Source of the DNA: Aduncisulcus paluster
Taxonomy: Eukaryota
Assembly (NCBI GenBank): GCA_024181965.1
Contig: BQXS01011679.1
Coordinates: 1 to 35,553, forward strand
DNA: 35,553 nt
Reading direction: 5' to 3'
Shown: positions 1 through 10,100 of the stretch, in pieces
Numbering within the stretch: the stretch's first letter is position 1
How the letters are laid out: each line of letters opens with the position of its first letter
The notes under the pieces: generated by a model
What the model was told of the DNA's origin: nothing
Database searches by the model: none
The model's input: only the letters and a program-made list of their open reading frames with translations
Program-made: the position numbers and the translations under genes

Positions 1-55
1 AACCTGAAAATAATAGAAAGTGATAATTATAATATGAAATATCATTTAAATATCA

Positions 56-1904
56 CTAAATGTTGTCCCTATTGAACAGCAAGGCAGGTGTTTGACCCGA
101 GGAATCAGTGAACACATGCATGATAGACAGAGAAACAATATCAACCATGTCAAGGAAATCACTGGAACTAGATTCAGAAACATTCCAAGTAATGCACATG
201 GCAAGAGAGAAAGTGAATGTAGCATTGACTTCTCCAGTCTCATCGTCTTCTTTGACAAGAACAAACACGTCACCAGTTCGGCAACTCCCTCCAAGTTGCT
301 TAATAATCTCATTCTTCATGCCACTATCATCATCATACTTATCATCGGCAGGGATATACACCACAGGCATTCCAAGAGCACCCTTGGCAATGTCCAGATA
401 AGCAGACATTCCGTCAATGACATCGGCCTCATCGGAGGAGTCAATATGCTCCAGAGAAGCCAACAAAGTGGCTGTAGAACTCTCCTCGGCAGTAGAATGG
501 AACTCGAACCGAGAATAACTGCTTTCATCATCATCCACAGCAAGAACAAAGACATTGTCAGTCACAGAAATGGAACCATTTACAGTGGCCTCCTGGGCAT
601 TGTCTCCATCAGCAAATAGAACACTCTTTCCGGCCCTCATAGTGAGATCATGGTTCATAATAATACCCTCGCTGCTAGAGAAACTAATACTTCCGTTCGT
701 ATTGTCAGCATCAGCGAATCCAAGCTTAATACCATCGACAATGGCCTCAGCATTCTCATATCCACTCATAACAAAGGTTGCAGTGTCCTGGAAAGAATCG
801 CTGGACATCAGAGTGACCTCAGAAGAATTGACAGAGGCAATCTCAGCAAGATAACTCTTGTACATGTTATTCGCAGCAGTAAATACATCACTAGCAGCCA
901 CATCAAGCATGTCGATACTCACAGCCATACCTTTTCCTCCTGTAACATAGTTTGAGAACCACATATTGTTGGACGACAGAGTTCCAACGGCAAGGGTCAC
1001 TTCATCAGCATCGTCAGATACACCACTTGTAATATTCTGAAGGTAGGCAACGTTGTTATCACCAACAGCAAGCACAGTTCCAGTTGAAACAGCCCCATCA
1101 TTGCTGATAAGCATGTAAGCGCAGAGTCCACCGACGGAGATGGACACGACAATAGCAAAAATAATCATAAAAACCATACATCCGGATACTCCACCTTTCT
1201 TGAGTAAGATGGAGCTGTTTCCCTTAGATTTAGTTGAGTGAGACTTGGAATGAACAGAGAATTCACCCATACTAGTAGGCTCACCCATACTTTGGGCTGA
1301 ACGAGGAACAATGGGACAATATACTTGTGAAGAAAAGTTGGGGTTGGGTGGAGACGCGAGAGATACGGGAGTTAAAGGTGAAATGGGAGGCAAAATATCC
1401 TCATTGCTTTTGGCTGGAGGTTCAGCAAAAATTAAATCTTTTACATCCTCATCACGAGGAAGAGTTGAAACAGGGAAAGTAGAAGAAAAAGAAGGAGCGG
1501 TAGCAGCCTGAACTTCAGTAATGGTTGGAAGTTTCATGGCTTTTGACACCTTTGACTTCTTAGTCTTTTTTGGCTTTGATTTCTGACCTTCACTTTGACT
1601 AAAAGATCTAGATCCTCTTGTGGATTTCGTTTTTTTCGTTTTATCTTTCTTTGATTCTTTGGGTTTGCCATCTTTTTTGGAGGAAGATTTCTCTTTTCTG
1701 TGTTTCACTCTTTTCACCTTTTTTTGAGGGGTAACAGGTGGATCTTCTGACTTGTCCCCAATTTTAGGATCTAAAACATCAATAAAATGTAAAAATAAAA
1801 GAAAGAAGATAGGAATAATATGAGATCAGATCAAAAGAGCCAAAATGGATGAAATTCCCAAAATAAATATTCAACATACCATCTACAACTGAGACTGTAT
1901 CCAT
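56..1904 (-). CDS. Hypothetical type II single-pass membrane protein (~579 aa): Lys/Ser-rich N-terminus, Pro-rich linker, TM helix, acidic beta-rich C-terminal domain. Model: join(1904..1880, 1770..56)
   Basis: The ORF track starts at GTG 1717, but the frame is open to 1770. ATG at 1904 gives MDTVSVVD, and a GTATGT...TTTTAG intron (1879..1771) splices in frame. Hydrophobic segment CMVFMIIFAIVVSISVGGLCAYMLI. Confidence 0.8.
1771..1879 (-). other. Spliceosomal intron, 109 nt, phase 1
   Basis: GTATGT donor, T-rich body, TTTTAG acceptor; removal joins an ATG exon in frame to the long ORF. Confidence 0.8.
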
Positions 1905-2227
1905 GTAATAACTTTGACAAGTTGTGCTTCAGGGAAGAACACTTCGATATCATTTCAAGCTGTAAAGCTGCCCCAAAGGAATTTCAGATATCCATTGACT
2001 TGTTAAATAATTACAATTAAGTATATCATTTATTTTATTATTTTTAATACCTCCTATTTCTTGAAAATGTAGAATAGCCGGTCGGAATTTGTTCTTGTAC
2101 GAATTTGAAGATAATTCCAAAAAAATAAATACAATTTTAATTGCAAATTCTTCTATATTTCCAAAATTTTATATCATTTATGAATTTAGCTGGATAGGAT
2201 AAATGAATAGCTCGACATCTATTTTTT

Positions 2228-2555
2228 GCTACGATGTGGTTGAAGCCAGCACCTAAGTGTTGTTGTTTTATGTTGTGATTTTCATTGCATTGGCAATAGA
2301 ACACCTGGGAAGGTCTGAGTCCATTTATTTAGGAGCGAGAGGCTCTCTCGGAGAAATCTGAGAGGCAGTCATCAGAAATCAACTCCCCATTTACTTTATT
2401 CGCAGATGACATTTATTCTTCCCTCCGAATATATTTGATGCGCGTTTTTGGGGAGGCTGAGAGTGCTGCTTGGATGTTATCTCTTAAGTCCGATCTGCTG
2501 GGTTGGCTATTGATGCCAAAAACTCAATTCAGACTACTCTCAAACCACTCGTAGT
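2228..2555 (+). ncRNA. RPR1: Nuclear RNase P RNA
   Basis: CR-I GGGAAGGTCTGAG (2307-2319) and CR-V AACTCAATTCAGACTACTC (2521-2539) form the P4 pseudoknot. P1: CTACGA-TGTGGTT pairs with AACCAC-TCGTAG. P2: CCAGCA/TGCTGG. CR-II CAGAAA (2373); P12 CTCCCCA/TGGGGAG; CR-III TGAGA (2458); CR-IV AGTCCGAT (2487); P19 TTGGC/GCCAA. Confidence 0.95.
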
Positions 2556-2572
2556 CACCTTATAAATTAAGA

Positions 2573-2576
2573 TTTT
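2573..2576 (+). terminator. Possible Pol III terminator (T4) of the RNase P RNA gene
   Basis: First TTTT run after helix P1. T-runs are common in this AT-rich DNA, so support is weak. Confidence 0.3.
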
Positions 2577-2629
2577 ATTTCAATATCTTCTCTTACCTAC
2601 CTTTCTACTTTAAAGATCCTAATACCCTT

Positions 2630-3665
2630 GGACGGGCGTGAAATTACTCCGGAGTAACTTCCTCCGATAAAAAGTATTTTCAAAAAGTTACTCCATTTAA
2701 ACCTCGTTAAAATAAATTTTTATTGTGTTTAATAATATTCTTATTATAATTTATTAAAGTATTATGTGGCCACTATATCAATATTATCTTATTTCATGAG
2801 ATATATTTTTCTTCATGATCCAATCCAAAATAAACATATTTTAGTTGTAGAAAGTATTTAACATGAACAATAAAATTGATTGTGCATGCTTTTTCATGAT
2901 TACATGAACAGAATAACAGAATAACACCGACTGCAAAAAATTCAAACAAAAGATTCATTTCCATTTTGTTTCGAATCACTTGGTTGGTTTTATTTTCTTG
3001 TAAAATTAATCAATTTTAATGATAATATTTACTATTCCTTGATATCATTTTGCCATATTAATGCGACCATGATGACACGGGATGCTACTATACTATCAAA
3101 GGGATGCACAGCAGATACCCAATCTTTTCTTAAGGATTACTGTAATTTACCTCACATAATTGCTGTATTATACTATACTATTCCGAAAGTTGGCTAATCA
3201 CTTGCGTGAATGATATTAATACTTTATTTTTTAGAAAGGGTATTATTTTTAACAAAAATTACTCCTAATATATATTTTAGTAGATTTTAAGATAATTCTC
3301 GTTATTTTTTTATTATTTTATCCGGCCAATAATATTATAAAAAGTTACCCCGTTTTTTATAAAAGTTACTCCGTTTTTTTAGAAAAGTTACTCCGGTTCA
3401 ATCAATCCTTTTATTAAATTAATTTCTATTTTGGAATATAAAACGTAAGAATACAGTACAATATAGATTTATACTGTTAATTTAATTTATATCTTCCGTT
3501 GAGCTGATATCTTGATTTTCTCTTAAAATAAGACTAATTGTGGCAAAATCAACAATATATTTTTATTGAATGCCATTTTGTTGCAAATTCCACAAGTATT
3601 TCCTGATTTAAGACAATCAAGTTTTAATCGGAGTAACTTCCTCCGGAGTAACTTTGCATTTACTC
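2630..3665. mobile_element. Non-autonomous Mutator-like (MULE) DNA transposon / MITE-like element, 1036 bp
   Basis: Exact 9-bp direct repeat AATACCCTT at 2621-2629 and 3666-3674. Ungapped ~44-bp imperfect terminal inverted repeats (2630-2673 / 3622-3665) starting with G, 26/30 identical over TIR positions 15-44. Internal copies of the AAGTTACTCC motif. No intact transposase ORF. Confidence 0.8.
3336..3397 (+). repeat. Three ~22-bp tandem repeats carrying the TIR core motif AAAAGTTAC(T/C)CCG
   Basis: TATAAAAAGTTACCCCGTTTTT / TATAAAAGTTACTCCGTTTTTT / TAGAAAAGTTACTCCGGT; further single copies near 2683-2694 and 3255-3265. Confidence 0.85.
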
Positions 3666-3971
3666 AATACCCTTCCAAAAGATTTCATAGGTATAATTTT
3701 TGTTTTATTCTAACAAAGAGTACATGATAGATTCTTTGCTTATGGTAATGCAAAAAAGAAGATATCAGTGTTGATAAGCTCAGCTTTGAGAGGAGAATCA
3801 TTTGAAACAATCATTTGAAACAATGGTGAAATAAAATAAAAATGGCTCCATCAAAACTCTCAAATAAATTCAAAAATAAAAACTAGATCAACCTTCAAGG
3901 AAAAAGAAAAGAGAACAAACAGTCTGTGTAGATTCTAAAATAACTAAGAAAATATCCTCCCAATTTAACCC

Positions 3972-5786
3972 TTAAAGACTTCCATGAGCTCCAACAATGG
4001 ATTCCAAGAATAACCTTTCGACCTCCTCCTCTTCTTTGGCGAGATCAGCAACAACAGAGTCTTCAACCTTGGCAGTTGTCTTGCCGAGCCGGGATTCTTT
4101 CATTCTTGACTCCAAGTTCTTCTCCCTCTTCTGTTCCCGATCCAAAACAGACTGAACGGCATGTTTCTCGTTCGAACCGATATTTGACAGGCTCTTGGAG
4201 ACCTCACAAATGGTCAAACCACCCTTTTCATCACCGACAGCAAGGAGATTACCACTGTGGTCGAATGAACAGCAAGTGAGAGCATGCTCACTCACCTTCG
4301 TACTGAGAACAGAATGAGTGGTACGACGAACAAGATCCCAAATATCAACATATCCATTGGCCTGGGCAGACGCAAATACACCCGGCCTGACAGGAGACCA
4401 GTTACAATCAACAACTCGGCTCTCGGCATACTTACTGGCGAGAATGGGTGTTCCAACTTCCTCATGGAATAGACGGACACTCCAATCACCGGATGTTAAG
4501 AAGAACTTGGGGTAGAATGGAGACCTGTAGAGTGACGAGATGGCACCGTGTTGTCCATGGAAGACAGCAGATATCCGCTCGGAGGGAGTACGTCCCTTGC
4601 TATTACAGAGACAAATATGTCCAGTCTCGGTACCAATGGTAAACTTGTTGAGACCAGCGGCACTGTCATAATCAATACACATGGTTCCCAAAAGAGGAGC
4701 AACAGGTTTCTCCTCAGCAGCTGTGGTCCCAGCAGCTCCACGGGCACCTGGCCTCGCAGATCCTCTGGAAGAACGCTTAGCTCCAGGTCTATTGCGTCCA
4801 GCGAGAGCCCAAGCGGGGAGACGAACTTCCATGGTATCGATGGGACTTGAGAATTTCCTGACATCCCACCATAACACTCTTCCATCAGCTCCTACACTGG
4901 CGCATTCCATTCCACTCTTACTTTTAATCCATTTGAGGTCCAAAACGGCGTCAGAATGGGACATTTTGATGTCGGTTGTATCGACTGGACGGTGACCCTT
5001 CCTGGTATCCCATAAGGAGAGCATACCGTTGTACCAACCTCCCAACATGAGATTTGTATCCTTTGTATGATATTCTAAGCATGTAATTGGAGCAGTGGCA
5101 GACAATTCCTGCTCGGGGAAGTTAGGGTTTGTAATATCCCAAATATACGAAGAACAATTATGAGAACCATATCCACCAATATCAACTGAAAGACGTTTAT
5201 CAAAATCAAGCGAACAATAGGAAATGGCTACTTTTCTGCTCTTCTGAGCACCTTCATGGCGCCAAACAACTTTCCTGGCCCATCTTCCGTCGTGATCTTC
5301 GGGAGATCCATTAGGATCTCTCAAAACAGTTAATGATTTAAGAGTTGGAACATCACTTTCATCAGATTGAACCTCAGATTCTTCAGCAGAGTCGAAATAT
5401 TTCTCATTGATTTCTACTGCGTTGTTTTGCTTAATAATTGTTTCGCAGGTAGTTTGAAGAGTTCTTAATGCCGCGGCATACATGCGATCACGTTCTATTT
5501 TCTTCCTATATCTTGTTACATGTTCACTTTCAGTAGGGTCGATCTCTTTGGGCCATCCACCCTCTTTATGATAAATTCCACGGGAAATTGTCTCTATCCT
5601 ATCAGTATTGACTTCATGTTCAGACATTTCCCGACTGGTCTGGAATTGTTGATCTCTATGGGTTCGTTCAACCCAAAGTTTATGTAATTCAGGATTAGGA
5701 GCTAAACTATCTATAAGATAAGGTTCTGTGTAACTAAAATTAACAGGTGCTCCAAAATCTCTCCTTTTTTTTGTAAACACTTCCAT
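3972..5786 (-). CDS. DNAI2: Axonemal outer-arm dynein intermediate chain 2 (IC69/ODA6-type), WD40 protein, ~604 aa
   Basis: N-terminus MEVFTKKRRDFG; signature HKEGGWPKEIDPTESEHVTRYRKKIERD; WD40 repeats (RSPFYPKFFLTSGDWSVRLF, WSPVRPGVF); C-terminal REQKREKNLE. First in-frame ATG is 5786; the track start at 5804 is a GTG. Confidence 0.92.
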   Translation of the reverse strand: MEVFTKKRRDFGAPVNFSYTEPYLIDSLAPNPELHKLWVERTHRDQQFQTSREMSEHEVNTDRIETISRGIYHKEGGWPKEIDPTESEHVTRYRKKIERDRMYAAALRTLQTTCETIIKQNNAVEINEKYFDSAEESEVQSDESDVPTLKSLTVLRDPNGSPEDHDGRWARKVVWRHEGAQKSRKVAISYCSLDFDKRLSVDIGGYGSHNCSSYIWDITNPNFPEQELSATAPITCLEYHTKDTNLMLGGWYNGMLSLWDTRKGHRPVDTTDIKMSHSDAVLDLKWIKSKSGMECASVGADGRVLWWDVRKFSSPIDTMEVRLPAWALAGRNRPGAKRSSRGSARPGARGAAGTTAAEEKPVAPLLGTMCIDYDSAAGLNKFTIGTETGHICLCNSKGRTPSERISAVFHGQHGAISSLYRSPFYPKFFLTSGDWSVRLFHEEVGTPILASKYAESRVVDCNWSPVRPGVFASAQANGYVDIWDLVRRTTHSVLSTKVSEHALTCCSFDHSGNLLAVGDEKGGLTICEVSKSLSNIGSNEKHAVQSVLDREQKREKNLESRMKESRLGKTTAKVEDSVVADLAKEEEEVERLFLESIVGAHGSL

Positions 5787-6134
5787 ATTGTCGACAAAAT
5801 CCACTCGCCATCAACTCTATCAATATATATCTTAATTTATATGATATTTTTGAAGTTCATTACCATTTTATTTTATTTTATGCCTATCATTCTATTTTAA
5901 CTCAAATCCAACCCCATTAAAAAATTTCCGCCCTATTTTGGATTCCAAGACTTGTTGATACATTTCAACATAACATTTTCCTTTATGACGAATAAATTTG
6001 GAAATAAAGATTATTAATTTACTTGGCAATTTACTATTTCACACGATACAAGATTCTTGTAACAAAATTCGATTGTGGAACATCAATCGAAAAATGAAAT
6101 GAATAACAGTATGGATAGTGGAGAAATGTGATAC

Positions 6135-6936
6135 TACATAACCATATCGGTAGAACAAACACTTCAAAGTGACAGCCTGTCTGAGAAAACAACAATGGTG
6201 AAGGGACTCAAAAAAACGGATATTAGATTTATTATTTTGAATAATCAACGTTACTAATGATAGATTCATGTAATTTTCATGATGTAAAAGGTTTGAATCA
6301 TCACTAAAAAGATCCACTAGGAAAATATACCTCTATATGAGTCAAAAATGGCTTATTCTGTAAATTATCATTATCGTATTGAATTTAAGTCAAGATAATT
6401 ATCATTCCATACCCAGGTTTTTCCCCCCAATTTCGTGAATTCAAGAAAATGAATAAACCCGATTGATTGTATACTAATACAATTATTTTTTATTTCACAC
6501 TAATGATACACTTCCAATTTCAAATNNNNNNNNNNNNNNNNNNNNTACATAACCATATCGGTAGAACAAACACTTCAAAGTGACAGCCTGTCTGAGAAAA
6601 CAACAATGGTGAAGGGACTCAAAAAAACGGATATTAGATTTATTATTTTGAATAATCAACGTTACTAATGATAGATTCATGTAATTTTCATGATGTAAAA
6701 GGTTTGAATCATCACTAAAAAGATCCACTAGGAAAATATACCTCTATATGAGTCAAAAATGGCTTATTCTGTAAATTATCATTATCGTATTGAATTTAAG
6801 TCAAGATAATTATCATTCCATACCCAGGTTTTTCCCCCCAATTTCGTGAATTCAAGAAAATGAATAAACCCGATTGATTGTATACTAATACAATTATTTT
6901 TTATTTCACACTAATGATACACTTCCAATTTCAAAT
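6135..6936. repeat. Assembly overlap: 6135-6525 duplicated as 6546-6936 across a 20-N gap
   Basis: Exact 391-bp direct duplication flanking the N run 6526-6545. Confidence 0.9.
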
Positions 6937-7121
6937 GATAAATAATTCACGCAATTCAAGTAACCAAATGAGAGAGCTGGATGAGAACAAGTTGAAAGTC
7001 CCAACTTTTTCCAATTGAATTAAGAAAAGATAGTGAGATACAGATCATTATTCAATAAACCTCATCTTGTCACAAAAAATAAGACCAAATATTTATAAAT
7101 TGTTAAAAATTACAAAATAAT

Positions 7122-10100
7122 TTAGAAGAATAAGCCCATTTCCTTTGAAGATATAAATTCTTCAACTGTGGGACATGTCCAACCATGTCCAATTGGGATC
7201 AGGAGACTTGGATCAATGGAGCTAAGCAATTCCCAAGCTTCATGAATCGACAATCTCTTTTTTTTATCAATGCACACCAACCCTTTGAACACCTTTTTGA
7301 GGGCATAATATATTGGACGATATTTCCCACCCATTATTTCTTTAAGGGAACAAAAACACGCCGAATCCTTAATGTTTGGGAGGGCTTCTTGCCTATGAAC
7401 AAGATATTTTAATCTTTCCACCCTACTCTTCAAAGTTCGCCCAAGCAAAGGATCACCACTGAAAGGAACCTCCATATTACGAAATAGAGACCAAATCGTT
7501 AATCCAACACTCCACCCATCACTCTTTTGAGAATAATCAAGATTTATAAATGTTTCAGGGGCATTAAAAAAGAATGTTCCAACAAATCCATTCCGATCTT
7601 TGGTTCCACGTTTAAGTTTATGAATACGTTCAATTTCTTCCTCCAAGTCATCTTCAGAAAGAGAATCTTCATAATCTATATCCCTCTCGTGGCATTTAGA
7701 AAGAATGAAAGAGTAATTGGTGCTTTGTGAGGCAGAATCTCGAAGTTCAGTGAATCCTAAATCACCGAGAACGACTGAACAAACATTCTTGCCAGTTTTC
7801 TCATCCTTTTCAACACGAACAAGGAAATTCTCCGGTTTGATGTCGCGATGAACAAGATTAGTATATACCGAATAAATCTTAGCCATGCATTTTACAATGG
7901 CTATGGAAAGTGCGGCTAGTTTCACAGGATCAGGACACCCATGACAATCAACGGCCCAATCCTTTCCAAAGTCTTTCACACTACCTCCACGGCACCATTC
8001 CATCAAAATAGCATAGGAAGGTGCCGACGAAGAATGATGATCCAAAATAACATGGGGCTCTGGGATTAAATGGTCGATCTTGGGGTTGTCGTATAATCGT
8101 TTTTGGCGAATAAATTCTTTCCTCATTTGATCGATACATGATTTTTCTTTTGCCGAATCTTCCCACTTTCTCATCAATTTTCTCACACAAATCAATGAAT
8201 CGCCAGAATAAAAGTTAGTAACACGAACAAGTTCAACATTACCAAATCCACCAGCTCCGATCTCACATAATGATTCAATTTTATCCCGGATGCTAATACC
8301 TTCCGGTGGAGCAAAAATATCTCCAAAAAATGACTCAATACGCTTATTTAACGTCAGATTTGAGGCAAATTGGAATAAATATGCCTCTGAAGATCGCATT
8401 GCAAGCTTTTCATGGACAATATCAGTTGATGGATATACGATCAAATTGCCCATACCACTAAAATAAATACGCTTAGGACATCCAAAATCGAAAATAATAT
8501 CATAACCATCGGATGAAAGAATTCTCAGACAAGAATGATGGAGTGAGTCAAAATAGAATGTAAGATTACCCTTGTTGCTGATTGACTGTATTTCCTTTCG
8601 TGAATGGTGTTTTTTGTTGCTATCTAGAGCCAAAGAAAAAACCCTTACTCTACATCCGGAAGAGATTTCATATTTAATAACAACCTTCGTTTTGAGTTCA
8701 GCTGACTCTCTACTTTTATGATAAGAACGAGTATCCTCGCTTGATTTGGGACTTGAAATGAGTTGTCGTTCAATAAACATTGAATCTGAATCACCAAATA
8801 CTGAATCTCGATCAGAAAGCTGTACCGATACAAATCCATCAGTCCCATGATCAATCTCTCCAATATCACCATCATGCTTATCCAATTGCCTTAGTACAAT
8901 TTCATCAATACTTGGAGATCTCCATCCTTCCCCAATTTTTGGAAGAAAACGTTTAATAGATTGTACTTTCAAACGAGCTTCATGAACACTCATACGTTTC
9001 ATAGACTCAGCCTCCGTCAAGCCCTCGAACACAGAGTTCAAACAAGAGTGGACAGAAGAATATCTACCACAATCAATCGTTTTAAGAAAATGAAATAGTT
9101 CGGAATTGAAGAGTTTTGGAGTTTTCCCAATGCTTATAAGATGACGAAGTTTAGATATTAATTCTATCGGGTCTGTTCCCCAATCAGCCAGAGAACGTAT
9201 GAAGGGATGTTCACCCAGAAACAGAGCAAGAATTGCCATTCCAAGGGAGTAAGCATCACTCTTTTGATCCTGTATTCCATATTCCAGAGCCTCGGGCGAC
9301 ATATAAAGTAAAGTTCCTGCAAATGATCCTTTCTTATTAGCTCGAATATTTGCTAACCCAAAATCAGAAAGAACAATAGTACCTTCTCCATCTTTGGGAT
9401 CAATACGAACAAGAAAGTTATCAGGCTTAATATCTCGATGAATAATATTAGATTTTGCAGTGAACACATCATCAAGACACTCAATCATTCCAACACATAA
9501 AGAACATACTCTTAGAGGATTCATTGTCATGGGATCATAAGAATAATCACTTAGGCTTGAATCTGAGTCGGAATATTCACTCTCAGAATCACTATCACTC
9601 TCAGAATCATTATCACCAATGGTCATATGCTGTATTCTATTACACCAACTCTTTGAAAATTCCCAAACACTACCTCCAATGCAAAATTCCATCAAAAATC
9701 CATAAGTTCCTTTCATGTTCTTATCAAGGAGGTCAAGAATATATAAAGGACGCAATATTCTTTCAAAACACTTAGGATTATTGAAAAGTTCACGTTGAAC
9801 CAGAAATTCCTTTCGACAATTTTTTATAGCTCGTTCATCGCCAATGCATAAAAGCTTCTTCAGAACACATGGTAAACGTAACCCCTTCACTTCAACAAGA
9901 AGCACCTCACCAAAATTACCCCAACCGATGATACAAAGAGGAGTGACATCATCCTCTGAGACTAAGGTAAAAGAATCAGCCTTACGAATATATTTAACAG
10001 GTTGCATTGGTTCACTTTTCACTGGAATATAATCTATTTTATCAGCCAAAACAACTGAGTCAGAAGATTTAGGCTCTGGTTTGTGAGAATAAGTAGTATC

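Noticed and set aside
2794-2979. 61-aa ORF with CSC...C inside the element as a transposase fragment
   Set aside because: No CxH pair or DDE motifs, non-ATG start, composition typical of AT-rich noncoding DNA.
3336-3397. Short repeat array as a possible CRISPR or origin iteron
   Set aside because: Only three imperfect adjacent units, no spacers, eukaryotic context; explained as internal repeats of the transposon.
3796-3824. 13-bp tandem repeat AATCATTTGAAAC x2
   Set aside because: Simple slippage duplication in an intergenic/3' region with no further structure.
4700-4820. GC-rich Ala/Arg/Gly insertion in DNAI2 as a possible intron or foreign insert
   Set aside because: It is in frame, has no GTATGT donor, and is GC-rich unlike the AT-rich introns here; most simply a low-complexity loop between WD blades.
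6039-6728. Two similar small minus-strand ORFs (92 and 77 aa)
   Set aside because: They have GTG starts, low-information AT-rich sequence and no recognisable domain; the second copy is the assembly overlap.
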